Source: Macrostomum lignano
Taxonomy: Eukaryota
Direction: 5' to 3'
NCBI GenBank assembly: GCA_002269645.1
Contig: NIVC01002168.1
Span: forward strand, 1-64,000
Length of the DNA: 64,000 nucleotides
Shown piece after piece: positions 38,850-49,332 of the stretch; position 1 is the stretch's first letter; the number at the start of each line of letters is the position of its first letter. Both the position numbers and the translations under genes were made by a program. The notes beneath the pieces are model-generated. The model saw nothing but the letters and a program-made list of their open reading frames with translations. It did not search any database and was not told where the DNA came from.

Positions 38850-39572
38850 ACTTTGTTGCTAGGCCAGCCCCCCACATTCCAAGTTGCTGGGCCAACCTCC
38901 CAGATTCTCAGTTGCTGGGACAGCCTCCCAGATTTTCAGTTGCTGGGACAGCCTCCCAGATTTTCAGTTGCTGGGACAGCCTCCCAGATCCCCAGTTGCT
39001 GGGCTATCCTATGCTCCCAGATCCCCAGTTGCTGGGCTATCCTATGCTCCCAGATCCCCAGTTGCTGGGTTATCCTATGCTCCCAGATCCCCAGTTGCTG
39101 GGCTATCCCATGCTCCCAGATCCCCAGTTGCTGGGCTATCCCATGCTCCCAGATCCCCAGTTGCTGGGCTATCCCATGCTCCCAGATCCCCAGTTGCTGG
39201 GCTATCCCATGCTCCCAGATCCCCAGTTGCTGGGTTATCCTATGCTCCCAGATCCCCAGTTGCTGGGCTATCCCATGCTCCCAGATCCCCAGTTGCTGGG
39301 CTATCCCATGCTCCCAGATCCCCAGTTGCTGGGCTATCCTATGCTCCCAGATCCCCAGTTGCTGGGTTATCCTATGCTCCCAGATCCCCAGTTGCTGGGT
39401 TATCCTATGCTCCCAGATCCCCAGTTGCTGGGCTATCCCATGCTCCCAGATCCCCAGTTGCTGGGCTATCCCATGCTCCCAGATCCCCAGTTGCTGGGCT
39501 ATCCCATGCTCCCAGATCCCCAGTTGCTGGGCTATCCCATGCTCCCAGATCCCCAGTTGCTGGGCTATCCCA
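38850..39572. repeat. 33-bp minisatellite CCAGATCCCCAGTTGCTGGGCTATCCCATGCTC upstream of the ANKRD49 exon
   Basis: About 18 regular units plus a degenerate start. Confidence 0.93.
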
Positions 39573-39631
39573 TACCTTTCCAACTTAATGGGAAGTTGGC
39601 CGCTAGCCACGGACATCAACGAACCTCGCAG

Positions 39632-40739
39632 GACAGCGGCGAGGACGCGGACCGCGAGCTGGCCGCCGCGGTGGCCGCGGCAAAGGCAGCCTCGCCTGGC
39701 ATGTTCGTCAGCCGCTGGGAGGACGACGCCGAGGGCGTGGAGGAGTGGACCGAGGCCGAGATTGAGGCCGACCCGGCCAAGCAGCTCATCACGGCTGCTG
39801 AGAACGGCCGGCTGGACGAGGTAACCCGGCTGGTGCCTCTGCCGGATCCGCCGACTGCTGAGCCTCCGTCGCCTCTGCTGGCCGCCGCTGACAGTGACGG
39901 CTACAGGGCGCTGCACCGGGCTGCCTACAATGGCCACGTTGGCATCTGCCGGGTGAGAATGTGCCAAATTTTCTAACTTCACATGACTCTCTTCCATCGT
40001 CCATTATCTTCCCCTTATCTAAAGGCCAAGGGATTGTAGGTCTAGTGGTTAGAGCGTCGGACTCGCGACTAAAAGGTCGGAGGTTCGATTCCCAATTTGT
40101 GTCCTTGAGAAGGACACGTAAATCTGCATTGCTTCAGTTCACCCAGCTGTAAAATGGGTGCCAGCATTAGCCCCCCCCCCAGTCCTTGGACTGAACAGCA
40201 GCCGGACGCAGCCTTCAGTTGCGCCGCGCAATAGCTGCGGCTGAGCTGTCGGTTGCACATCTGCCCATTATGCCACTTAGAATCAGCCCAAAAAGTCGCT
40301 TGAAAGTATCCCCAGCCCCAACAGCATCCCAAGCACCCCCACCAGCATCCCCAGCATCGCCCCAATCCAAGCCAATCGCCTTGAATCGCCTCACTGCCAG
40401 CACCTGCTGATGTGCGGCGCCGACGTGTCAGCCGGCAGCGGCCAGGGCTGGACGGCGCTGCACAGCGCGGCATTCTGGAACCAGACTGCGGTGGTGGCGC
40501 TGCTACTGCGGGCTGGCGCCGACCCGAACGCTGCAACGGAGAGCGGCCAGACTCCCCTGCATCTGTGCTTAGGCGAGAACCGCGACCCCGCCACCGCCCA
40601 GCTGCTGCTGCTGCACCCTCGGCTGGACCCAAGCGCTGTGAATTCGTCCGGCGAGACTGCTCTCACCGTTGCTAAGCGGTGCACCCCCTATGCTCACCTG
40701 CTGGCATTTCTCGAGCCAGAGACTAGGCGCCTTAATTGA
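39632..40739 (+). CDS. ANKRD49: Ankyrin repeat domain protein 49-like, 2 exons; 5' end uncertain
   Basis: Exons 39632-39952 and 40401-40739 (phase 0). DGYRALHRAAYNGH, GWTALHSAAFWN, GQTPLHL and ETALTVAKR follow the remembered ANKRD49 repeat series. First in-frame ATG at 39701 (MFVSRW). Confidence 0.82.
40030..40166 (+). mobile_element. tRNA-derived SINE fragment in the ANKRD49 intron
   Basis: A-box-like TAGTGGTTAGAGC (40043), B-box GGTTCGATTCC (40082), followed by TGTGTCCTTGAG..CACCCAGCTGTAAAATGGG, typical of conserved SINE central domains. It lacks a proper acceptor stem, so it is not a tRNA gene. Confidence 0.7.
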
Positions 40740-40774
40740 GAAGCTTGGCTGTGAGTAGCTGGGAGAAAACTTTG

Positions 40775-41125
40775 CCAGTGTTTGGGATCTTTAACTGCCA
40801 TCAAATCCACCCTTGGGATCTTGAGATTGGGATCTTGAGATTGGGATCTTTTACTGCCATCAAATCCACTCATGGGATCTTGAGATTGGGATCTTTGACT
40901 GCCATCAAATCCACTCATGGGATCTTGAGATTGGGATCATTGACTACCATCAAATCCACTCATGGGATCTTGAGATTGGGATCTTGAGATTGGGATCTTG
41001 AGATTGGGATCTTTGACTGCCATCAAATCCACTCATGGGATCTTGAGATTGGGATCTTGAGATTGGGATCTTTGACTGCCATCAAATCCACCCGTGGGAT
41101 CTTGAGATTGGGATCTTTTACTGCC
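40775..41125. repeat. GGGATCTTGAGATT-based composite repeat 3' of ANKRD49
   Basis: Read directly. Confidence 0.85.
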
Positions 41126-41713
41126 GCATCTCCAGTTGTGTTTTTGCACTGATCTGAATTTGATATTTTTTTAAATTCCGTCTCCCCCTTTTAATTTCAG
41201 CTGAGCAGCCAGCCTAGGCCGATTGGTTAATATAGCGCGCCGGGCTCTTCTCGTGACAGACAATTGCGTCTAGACTTGAGGACAATTTTGTATTTTTGTG
41301 CCAAACTTGTAAATGTTGAACAATTGTATCATATACGTCAGATAAGCACATTCGAAAGCATCCTAAAAATGGCCTTTTCTTACTTTTTTGCCATATTTGT
41401 TCAGGCTTTAGGATTAGTTATTATTAAGTTATGGTGACAGGGGGTTTCAGGCGCTGCCACAAGTCAAGGCGGCAGTCGACCTTGATTTTATTGCTTTGCT
41501 ATCTACTACAAGTAGCACTGTCAAGCCCGTTTAAAAACGTTACCGTGACAAGAATCGCTAGTCATTCTGATTCTACAGCGACTCCAGCACGCCTCAAACA
41601 TGACTCTACGGCCCTGGAGTCGCAGGAAATGAAACACCTCTCGTCGTTCTAGAGTCGTCTAGGAGTCACTTCTTTGCCATTTGCACTTGTGTTACTTGCA
41701 ACGACTCCAGGGC

Positions 41714-41917
41714 ATACATGCGCAACCCCCCTGATTTACACTGGCCACGCGACTTACTTTTTGACCAAAAATGCGACTTACCTGTGAAAAAAACCCTAGA
41801 GCAAAATTAAACTTTGGGTAAACGGCAGGAGTAACTATAACTGTCTTATCAGGCGTAAATGCCTCGGCAGCTAATTAGTACTACGTCTGTATTCTTTGGG
41901 GTGGCATTTTTGCGACT
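41714..41917 (+). mobile_element. Dispersed repeat containing a 28S rRNA-derived segment, copy B
   Basis: Homologous to copy A; 41816-41879 matches remembered 28S at 51/64 ungapped. Confidence 0.75.
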
Positions 41918-42098
41918 CCGGGGCATATCTTGGCCGAAGGTAGACAGTCACGCAAGCAAAAGCTCACTCAGGGTGTACAGCGTCTCTGATACGGATATCC
42001 ATTAATTAGTCCGTCAATTGTCTTCCATGCTCACTGGCGAATCTCCGCTGTCAAACTGCACCAATTAACAATCTACTAGTGGAAGAAGAACAAGCAAA

Positions 42099-45000
42099 AT
42101 GGCCAGCAGCGCTGAGCAGCAGCAGAGCGGGCGCAGCTGCGTAGCCGCCCAGTCCATGCGCTGCCTGGCCGAGATGTGCGGCATCGCCAGCCTATCCGAG
42201 GAGGCCTGCCAGCTGCTGGCAGATCAGGCGGACTTCCGCCTGCGCACCCTCATCCAGCAGGGCCTGAAATTCGCCAGGCATGGCAAGCGGCGCCGGCTCC
42301 GGTCGGCCGATCTGGCGGCCGTGCTGCGGCAGCGGCGTATTGAGCCGCCCTACGCCTACGAGTACGCCGCCACCCTGCCTATGCAGAGCGTCCAGGTGAG
42401 ACCTGCCAGGGCTGCTGGTTGGAGATCCGGCATTTTTGCAGACCGCTGTGATGGGCTCTCATGCCTCGTATTCGTACTGTCTGATTATCATAATCATGAC
42501 TGATTGCTATTGCATACTGAGCGGATTCTTCTATACAACACCTCACTTGTTGTCCTGTACTAGAAATTCACCATCCTGTACCAGTCCCCCACTATCCTGT
42601 ACCAGTCTCACGCTATCCTGTACCAGTCTCCCACCATCCTGTACCAGTCTCACGCTATCCTGTACCAGTCTCCCACCATCCTGTACCAGTCTCACGCTAT
42701 CCTGTACCAGTCTCCCACCATCCTGTACCAGTCTCACGCTATCCTGTACCAGTCTCCCACCATCCTGTACCAGTCTCACGCTATCCTGTACCAGTCTCCC
42801 ACCATCCTGTACCAGTCTCACGCTATCCTGTTCAGTCTCCCACTATCCTGTGCCAGTCTCCCACAATCCTGTACCAGTCCCCCACCATCCTGTACCAGTC
42901 TCCCACTATCCTGTACCAGTCCCCCACTATCCTGTACCAGTCTCACGCTATCCTGTACCCGTCTCCCACCATCCTGTACCAGTCTCACGCTATCCTGTAC
43001 CAGTCTCCCACCATCCTGTACCAGTTTCCCACAATCCTGTTCAGTCTCCCACTATCCTGTGCCAGTCTCCCACAATCCTGTACCAGTCTCCCACCATCCT
43101 GTACCAGTCTCGCACTATCCTGTACCAGTCTCCCACAATCCTGTACCAGCCATCTGCTATCCTGTACCAACAATGCACCATCCTGTACAAGCCTCCCACC
43201 ATCATTTACCAACAATGCACCATCCTGTACCAGCCTCCCACCATCCTGTACCAGCCTCCCACCATCCTGTACCAGCCTCCCACCATCCTGTACCAGCCTC
43301 CCACCATCCTGTACCATTCTCCCACCATCCTGTACCATTCTCCCACCATCCTGTACCAGCCTCCCACCATCCTGTACCAGCCTCCCACCATCCTGTACCA
43401 GTTTCCCACCATCCTGTACCAGCAGTGCACCATCCTGTACCAGTCTTGCGCAATCCTGTATTTTGCATTCCGAAAGCAAATCCTATTCTGCTAGCGGTCG
43501 CTCTCACCCACCCTGTATCACCCGTCCTCCCGGATGCAGGCTCCCGGCGGCAAGCGGCTCTTCTTCCAGGAGTCGGAGGAGGTGGACCTCACCGAGCTGG
43601 CCTCGCAGCCGCTGCCCCGCCTGCCAGTCGGTGCCTGCCTCAAAGCGCACTGGCTCTGCATCGACGGCTGCCAACCCGCCATCGCTGAGAATCCGCCGCC
43701 AAGGCCTGCGACCTCCTCCGCTGCGGCAGCTGCACCGGCTGCTCCCGGCGCTGCCGCTGCCGCCGGCGCCGCGGCTTCATCCGCGTCGTTAGTCGAGCCA
43801 GGCGTCGGGTCGGCGGCGCTGGCCTCCTTGTCGACTTCCGCAGCCGCTGGGCCGATGCGGCCCCGCTCGCTGTGGGAGCTGACGGTCCTGGGCGGCCGGC
43901 AGTCAGCCAGATCGGCAGCCGCCGCGCCCAGGGAGCCGGAGGTGGCCCGGCTGCGCGATGTTGTCTGCCACGAGTTGAGCCGCGAGCAGCAGATGTTCTT
44001 CAGGGAGATCTCCGAGGCCTGCGTTGGCAGCCAGGTGAGGCCCTCAGTGCCTGTTGGTATCATCAGCTGGGGCAGGGGTGGGGAGATCAGCTGGGGCAGG
44101 GGTGGGGAAATTAGCTGGGGCAGGGGTGGGGAGATCAGCTGGGGCAGGGGTGGGGAGATCAGCTGGGGCAGGGGTGGGGAAATTAGCTGGGGCAGGGGTG
44201 GGGAAATTAGGTGGGGCAGGGGTGGGGAGATCAGCTGGGGCAGGGGTGGGGAGATCAGCTGGGGCAGGGGTGGGGAGATCAGCTGGGGCAGGGGTGGGGA
44301 AATCAGCTGGGGCAGGGGTGGGGAGATCAGCTGGGGCAGGGGTGGGGAGATCAGCTGGGGCAGGGGTGGGGAGATCAGCTGGGGCAGGGGTGGGGAGATC
44401 AGCTGGGGCAGGGGTGGGGAGATCAGCTGGGGCAGGGGTGGGGAGATCAGCTGGGGCAGGGGTGGGGAGATCAGCTGGGGCAGGGGTGGGGAGATCAGCT
44501 GGGGCAGGGGTGGGGAGATCAGCTGGGGCAGGGGTGGGGAGATCAGCTGGGGCAGGGGTGGGGAGATCAGCTGGGGCAGGGGTGGGGAGATCAGCTGGGG
44601 CAGGGGTGGGGAGATCAGCTGGGGCAGGGGTGGGGAGATCAGCTGGGGCAGGGGTGGGGAGATCAGCTGGGGCAGGGGTGGGATAATGATGGCTCCCGCA
44701 GCCAATCAGAGAGCTGCCAGAGAGCAATTGCGCTGGCTTTTTACTCGCCTGTCTATGGCTAAACCTGGCCCACCCCCACCCCAATGCGCAGGAGGACCGG
44801 CGGACCGAAGCCCTGCAGAGTCTGGCCACGGACAGCGGCCTGCAGCAGATCCTGCCTCGTCTCATCGTATTCGTGGCCGAAGGTGTCCGGGTGAACTCGC
44901 TCACTAACAACCTGGCCCTGCTCATCTACCTCATGCGCATCTTGCAGTTCCTGCTGCAGAATCCTCACCTGCAGTTGGAGCGCTACCTGCACCTCATCCT

Positions 45001-46527
45001 GCCCAGCATCCTCACCTGCGTGCTGGGCAAGCAGCTGTGCCAGCGGCCTGAGACCGACAATCACTGGGCGCTGAGGGACTTCTCGGCTAAGCAGCTGGGC
45101 GCCGTGTGCTCGAAATTCGCCTCGCCTAGCAACCAGCTCTATGCCAGGGTCTGTCGCTTGCTGGTGGATTATATGGCCCGGCCCAGGTGAGCTGGCTATC
45201 TTGTGTCTTTGTTTATTGTCTTTGGTATTCGTAGGTCTTGACTTTTTCCCGGTCTTTTAACTATACTATAGTCTTGGTTCAGTATGAGTCTTGGTTCAGT
45301 GTGGGTCTTGGTTCAGTGTAGGTCTCGGTTCAGTGTGGGTCTCGGTTCAGTGTGGGTCTTGGTTCAGTATGAGTCTTGGTTCAGTATGAGTCTTGGTTCA
45401 GTGTGGGTCTTGGTTCAGTGTAGGTCTTGGTTCAGTGTGGGTCTTGGTTCAGTATGAGTCTTGGTTCAGTGTGGGTCTTGGTTCAGTATGAGTCTTGGTT
45501 CAGTGTGGGTCTTGGTTCAGTGTAGGTCTTGGTTCAGTGTGGGTCTTGGTTCAGTGTAGGTCTTGGTTCAGTGTAGGTCTTGGTTCAGTGTGGGTCTTGG
45601 TTCAGTGTGGGTCTTGGTTCAGTGTGGGTCTTGGTTCAGTGTGGGTCTTGGTTCAGTGTGGGTCTTGGTTCAGTGTGGGTCTTGGTTCAGTGTGGGTCTT
45701 GGTTCAGTGTGGGTCTTGGTTCAGTGTGGGTCTTGGTTCAGTGTGGGTCTTGGTTCAGTGTGGGTCTTGGTTCAGTGTGGGTCTTGGTTCAGTGTGGGTC
45801 TTCGTTCAGTGTGGGTCTTGGTTCAGTGTGGGTCTTGGTTCAGTGTGGGTCTTCGTTCAGTGTGGGTCTTCGTTCAGTGTGGGTCTTGGTTCAGTATGAG
45901 TCTTGGCGGTTCAGTGCAGGTCTTGGTTCAGTGTAAGTCTTCGTTCACTATGGGTCTTGGTTCAGTATGAGTCTTGGTTTAGTATGGGTCTTGGTTCAGC
46001 ATGCGTTTTCGCTCAGTTTGAGTCTTCGTTCAGTATGGGTCTTGGTTCAGCGTGACTCATTGATCGATTTAGTTTTTAAGTAAAACTTATTTCAATATTT
46101 GGATATTTAAAGTCTTCCATTTCTGATTTAATCCGCATACGTTTGAGGTCTTGGTTCTATCTAAGTCTTTGTAAATTTTCTCGGCTCCAGGCCTCATCTG
46201 GCCTCTCTGTACGGCTGCATTGTCTGCACGCTGGAGCTCGGCCAGGACGCCGCCGCCAACCTTCTGCTGCCGGCCGTGCCCCGCCTCAGCCAGCGACTGG
46301 ACGCCGCCCACGGCCGTCTGGACAGCGTCAGCGCCAGCCACATCCGCCGGAAGCTGCTTGACCAGCTGCCTCCTTTGCTGCGCAGTCTGCGAGGCCCGCG
46401 GGACTCCCTCGATGAATACCTGCGCGACTACGGCTCCCTGGGCGGCGAGCTCTTCTCCGCCGTGCAGGCGCTGCACGCCAAGGCCAGGGGCTCCGCCGCT
46501 GCCGCCTCCTTGCAGCAGCACCACTGA
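42099..46527 (+). CDS. TAF6: TFIID subunit TAF6, 4 exons
   Basis: Exons 42099-42395, 43540-44034, 44792-45186, 46191-46527 in phase (507 aa). Histone fold (KFARHGKRRRL), LKAHWLCIDGCQPAIAENPPP, HELSREQQMFFREISEACVG, ALQSLATDSGLQQILPR, NLALLIYLMR and DNHWALRDF. Confidence 0.95.
42565..43445. repeat. 21-bp minisatellite CATCCTGTACCAGTCTCCCAC in TAF6 intron 1
   Basis: Read directly. Confidence 0.93.
44060..44682. repeat. 24-bp G-rich minisatellite GATCAGCTGGGGCAGGGGTGGGGA in TAF6 intron 2
   Basis: About 26 nearly identical units, each with three GGGG runs. Confidence 0.95.
45272..46052. repeat. 17-bp minisatellite GGTTCAGTGTGGGTCTT in TAF6 intron 3
   Basis: Read directly. Confidence 0.93.
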
Positions 46528-46569
46528 TGACCGCCTGCTGGCTGGGTGGCTAGCTGGCTTGTTGGAGAC

Positions 46570-46790
46570 AGATGGACAGGCAGGCAGGCAGACAGACAGA
46601 CAGACGGACAGACAGACGGACAGAGACTAAAGACAAACAATAAGACAGACAGACAGACAGACACATGGACAGACAGACGGACAGAGACTAAAGACAAACA
46701 ATAAGACAGACAGACAGACAGACAGACAGAGAGACACAAAGACAGACAGACGGACCGACACTAAAGAAAAACACTAAAACAGACAGACTA
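46570..46790. repeat. (GACA)n-rich microsatellite after the TAF6 stop
   Basis: Read directly. Confidence 0.9.
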
Positions 46791-47559
46791 GCTTGTCTAT
46801 CTGCTCTCCAGCGGCACCAATCTCATACTCGTACAGTGCTCCTGCTCAAAGTGGAATTAACAGTATCCAATCCAGCATTCCTATTGTTATGAACCAATAT
46901 GCCAATAGCTGTACAAATATATGCCCCGTCAACCAGGCAAGCATGTGGAAGTAGCCCAGTCGCTGTAAATTAATTGTTCTCCTAATTTTCTTACTTTAGA
47001 AATCGTCTAGCTGTTGTAACCGTTATTCGCGCAAGAACTACTTATAGTAATTGATAATAAATGCACGCAAGCCTGCTAACCCATTTCTATGCAAATATAG
47101 GTGCAATTGTTAGTTATAAAACATTTCGGCCGAGTAGCTTATACTTTTTTATTTTGTTTCAACGTAGATTTCTTCTACTTTAAGTAGAGTGTGTAGTTAA
47201 AAAACGCACGAATTTAAATGATTGCATTGTAAATTTTTCTCGAGGTGTTCCGCAGCTGCAAGTGCCAGGCGTTCACTAGCAAAGTAAATATGCATTTCTA
47301 GTGCTATTGCGCACAGATCGAAATGCGGGCTCCTTCCTGGGCGCGGAACGCGATGCTGCAGAACTTTGACAACAAGAAAAACGGCTGTTTTCTTGGGATT
47401 ACGAATGTAGATTACGACTTTGCCTTGCGGACGTGTCGCGTGTACTAGAGGCGTAAATACGGCGTTTTGGGAAATAGTAACAACAGGGAATTGCTTGATG
47501 AATTATTCATTGCGTCATGCACCATTAATGCAAATTTAATCAATTGATCAGCTCTTACC

Positions 47560-48068
47560 TACCAATCACAATAATTGATCAATATCAATCAATCATAGAT
47601 CAATGGATCAGCTCTATCAATCAATCATAGATCACTCAATCAGCTTTATCAATTAATCATAAATCAATCGATCAGCTCTATCAATCAATCATATATCAAT
47701 GGATCAGCTCTATCAATAAATCATAGTGATCAATGGATCAGCTCTATCAATCAATCATAGATCAATGGATCAGCTCTATCAATCAATCATAAATCAATGG
47801 ATCAGCTCTATCAATCAATCATAGAGATCAATAGATCAGCTCTATCAATCAATCCTACATCAATGGATCAGCTCTATCAATCAATCATAAATCAATGGAT
47901 CAGCTCTATCAATCAATCATATATCAATGGATCAGCTCTATCAATAAATCATAGTGATCAATGGATCAGCTCTATCAATCAATCAGATCAATGGATCAGC
48001 TCTATCAATCGATCATAGTGATCAATGGATCAGCTCTATCAATCGATCATAGAGATCAATGGATCATA
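47560..48068. repeat. About 32-bp minisatellite ATCAATGGATCAGCTCTATCAATCAATCATAG
   Basis: Read directly. Confidence 0.9.
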
Positions 48069-48273
48069 GCCCTTAGATATATATACGAGTCTGAGCAAAC
48101 AAGGTCATCTTGCTCGTGCCTTCAAAATCAGGGAGGCTGATCGAAAAAAATGGTGTTCAGCTTCAATGAATGCTGTATATAACTATGGACTTCCGGGTTG
48201 GTGATGCGCATCTCCATGGAAACCAGCCATGGTTGCTAGAGATGCGCATCCGGGGTCGGCCTCTGCCCGACAG

Positions 48274-49073
48274 TCAGACTGTGGTGGTGAACTGGGCGCA
48301 GTCCCACTGCGGCGACTCCGGTGACTCGAAAAAGTATTTGACGCCGTCGGCCTCCAGTCCGTTGTCGGCTTTGTTCCTTCTTGTCTCGGCCGACGTCCAC
48401 GGCGGCGGCGACTGCTGCCGGTGCAGCTGCATGGACGTTGATGTGCCAGCGTCGGTGAAGGACGCGTTTCTGTGCACCCGGCAGTCGCAGCCCGACTGCT
48501 GCTGCACGGTCTGCTTTCGGCGGCCGCTGCCTGGGTCCGAATTCTCGCGGCGGAGCTGCCTGCCGCCGTTGTCTCGACGTCTCGAACGGCCGGAGTCGCT
48601 GAGGCAGCGGACAGTGTCCGGAGATGCTGGGATCGTCGGGTCCACCGTGCTGGCAGCGTCGTGGGCGATGGAGCCTGCTCGGTTGGATGATGAAGGAGAT
48701 TGGCATTAACGATGCAGAATAATTAATCGATTTGGTGCTGTGTCATCCTAATTTCCATGTCTTTCCAAAAAATGAGGCAAGCAAACTCATCAAAAGGGCC
48801 ATGCGTGCCAGAATTCTCACTGAGGGAATTTCGAATCTCAGCCTGCGAGTATTTTGCATTGTTGAGCGTTCCCTGCGACCTTGCCCGGCACATGATGGCC
48901 TCCTTCGTGTTCTTCTCCGGCCGCGCGATCACGATGTAAATCCTGGGCAGGAACAGGCCGAGCAGCACCGCCGTGGCCGACAGCTGCATGCCGTAGCAGA
49001 TCACCACCCCGGTCTGCACCTTGGCGGGGGGAATCATGGTTTGGTTAGTCTTAGTCTTCGTTATGGCATTCTG

Positions 49074-49110
<37 letters not shown>

Positions 49111-49111
49111 A

Positions 49112-49177
<66 letters not shown>

Positions 49178-49186
49178 CCTATCTAT

Positions 49187-49224
<38 letters not shown>

Positions 49225-49245
49225 GTCTATCTATCTATCTATCTG

Positions 49246-49300
<55 letters not shown>

Positions 49301-49301
49301 C

Positions 49302-49332
<31 letters not shown>

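Noticed and set aside
40030-40100. tRNA gene
   Set aside because: A/B boxes are present but no cloverleaf acceptor stem; it continues into a SINE-type body.
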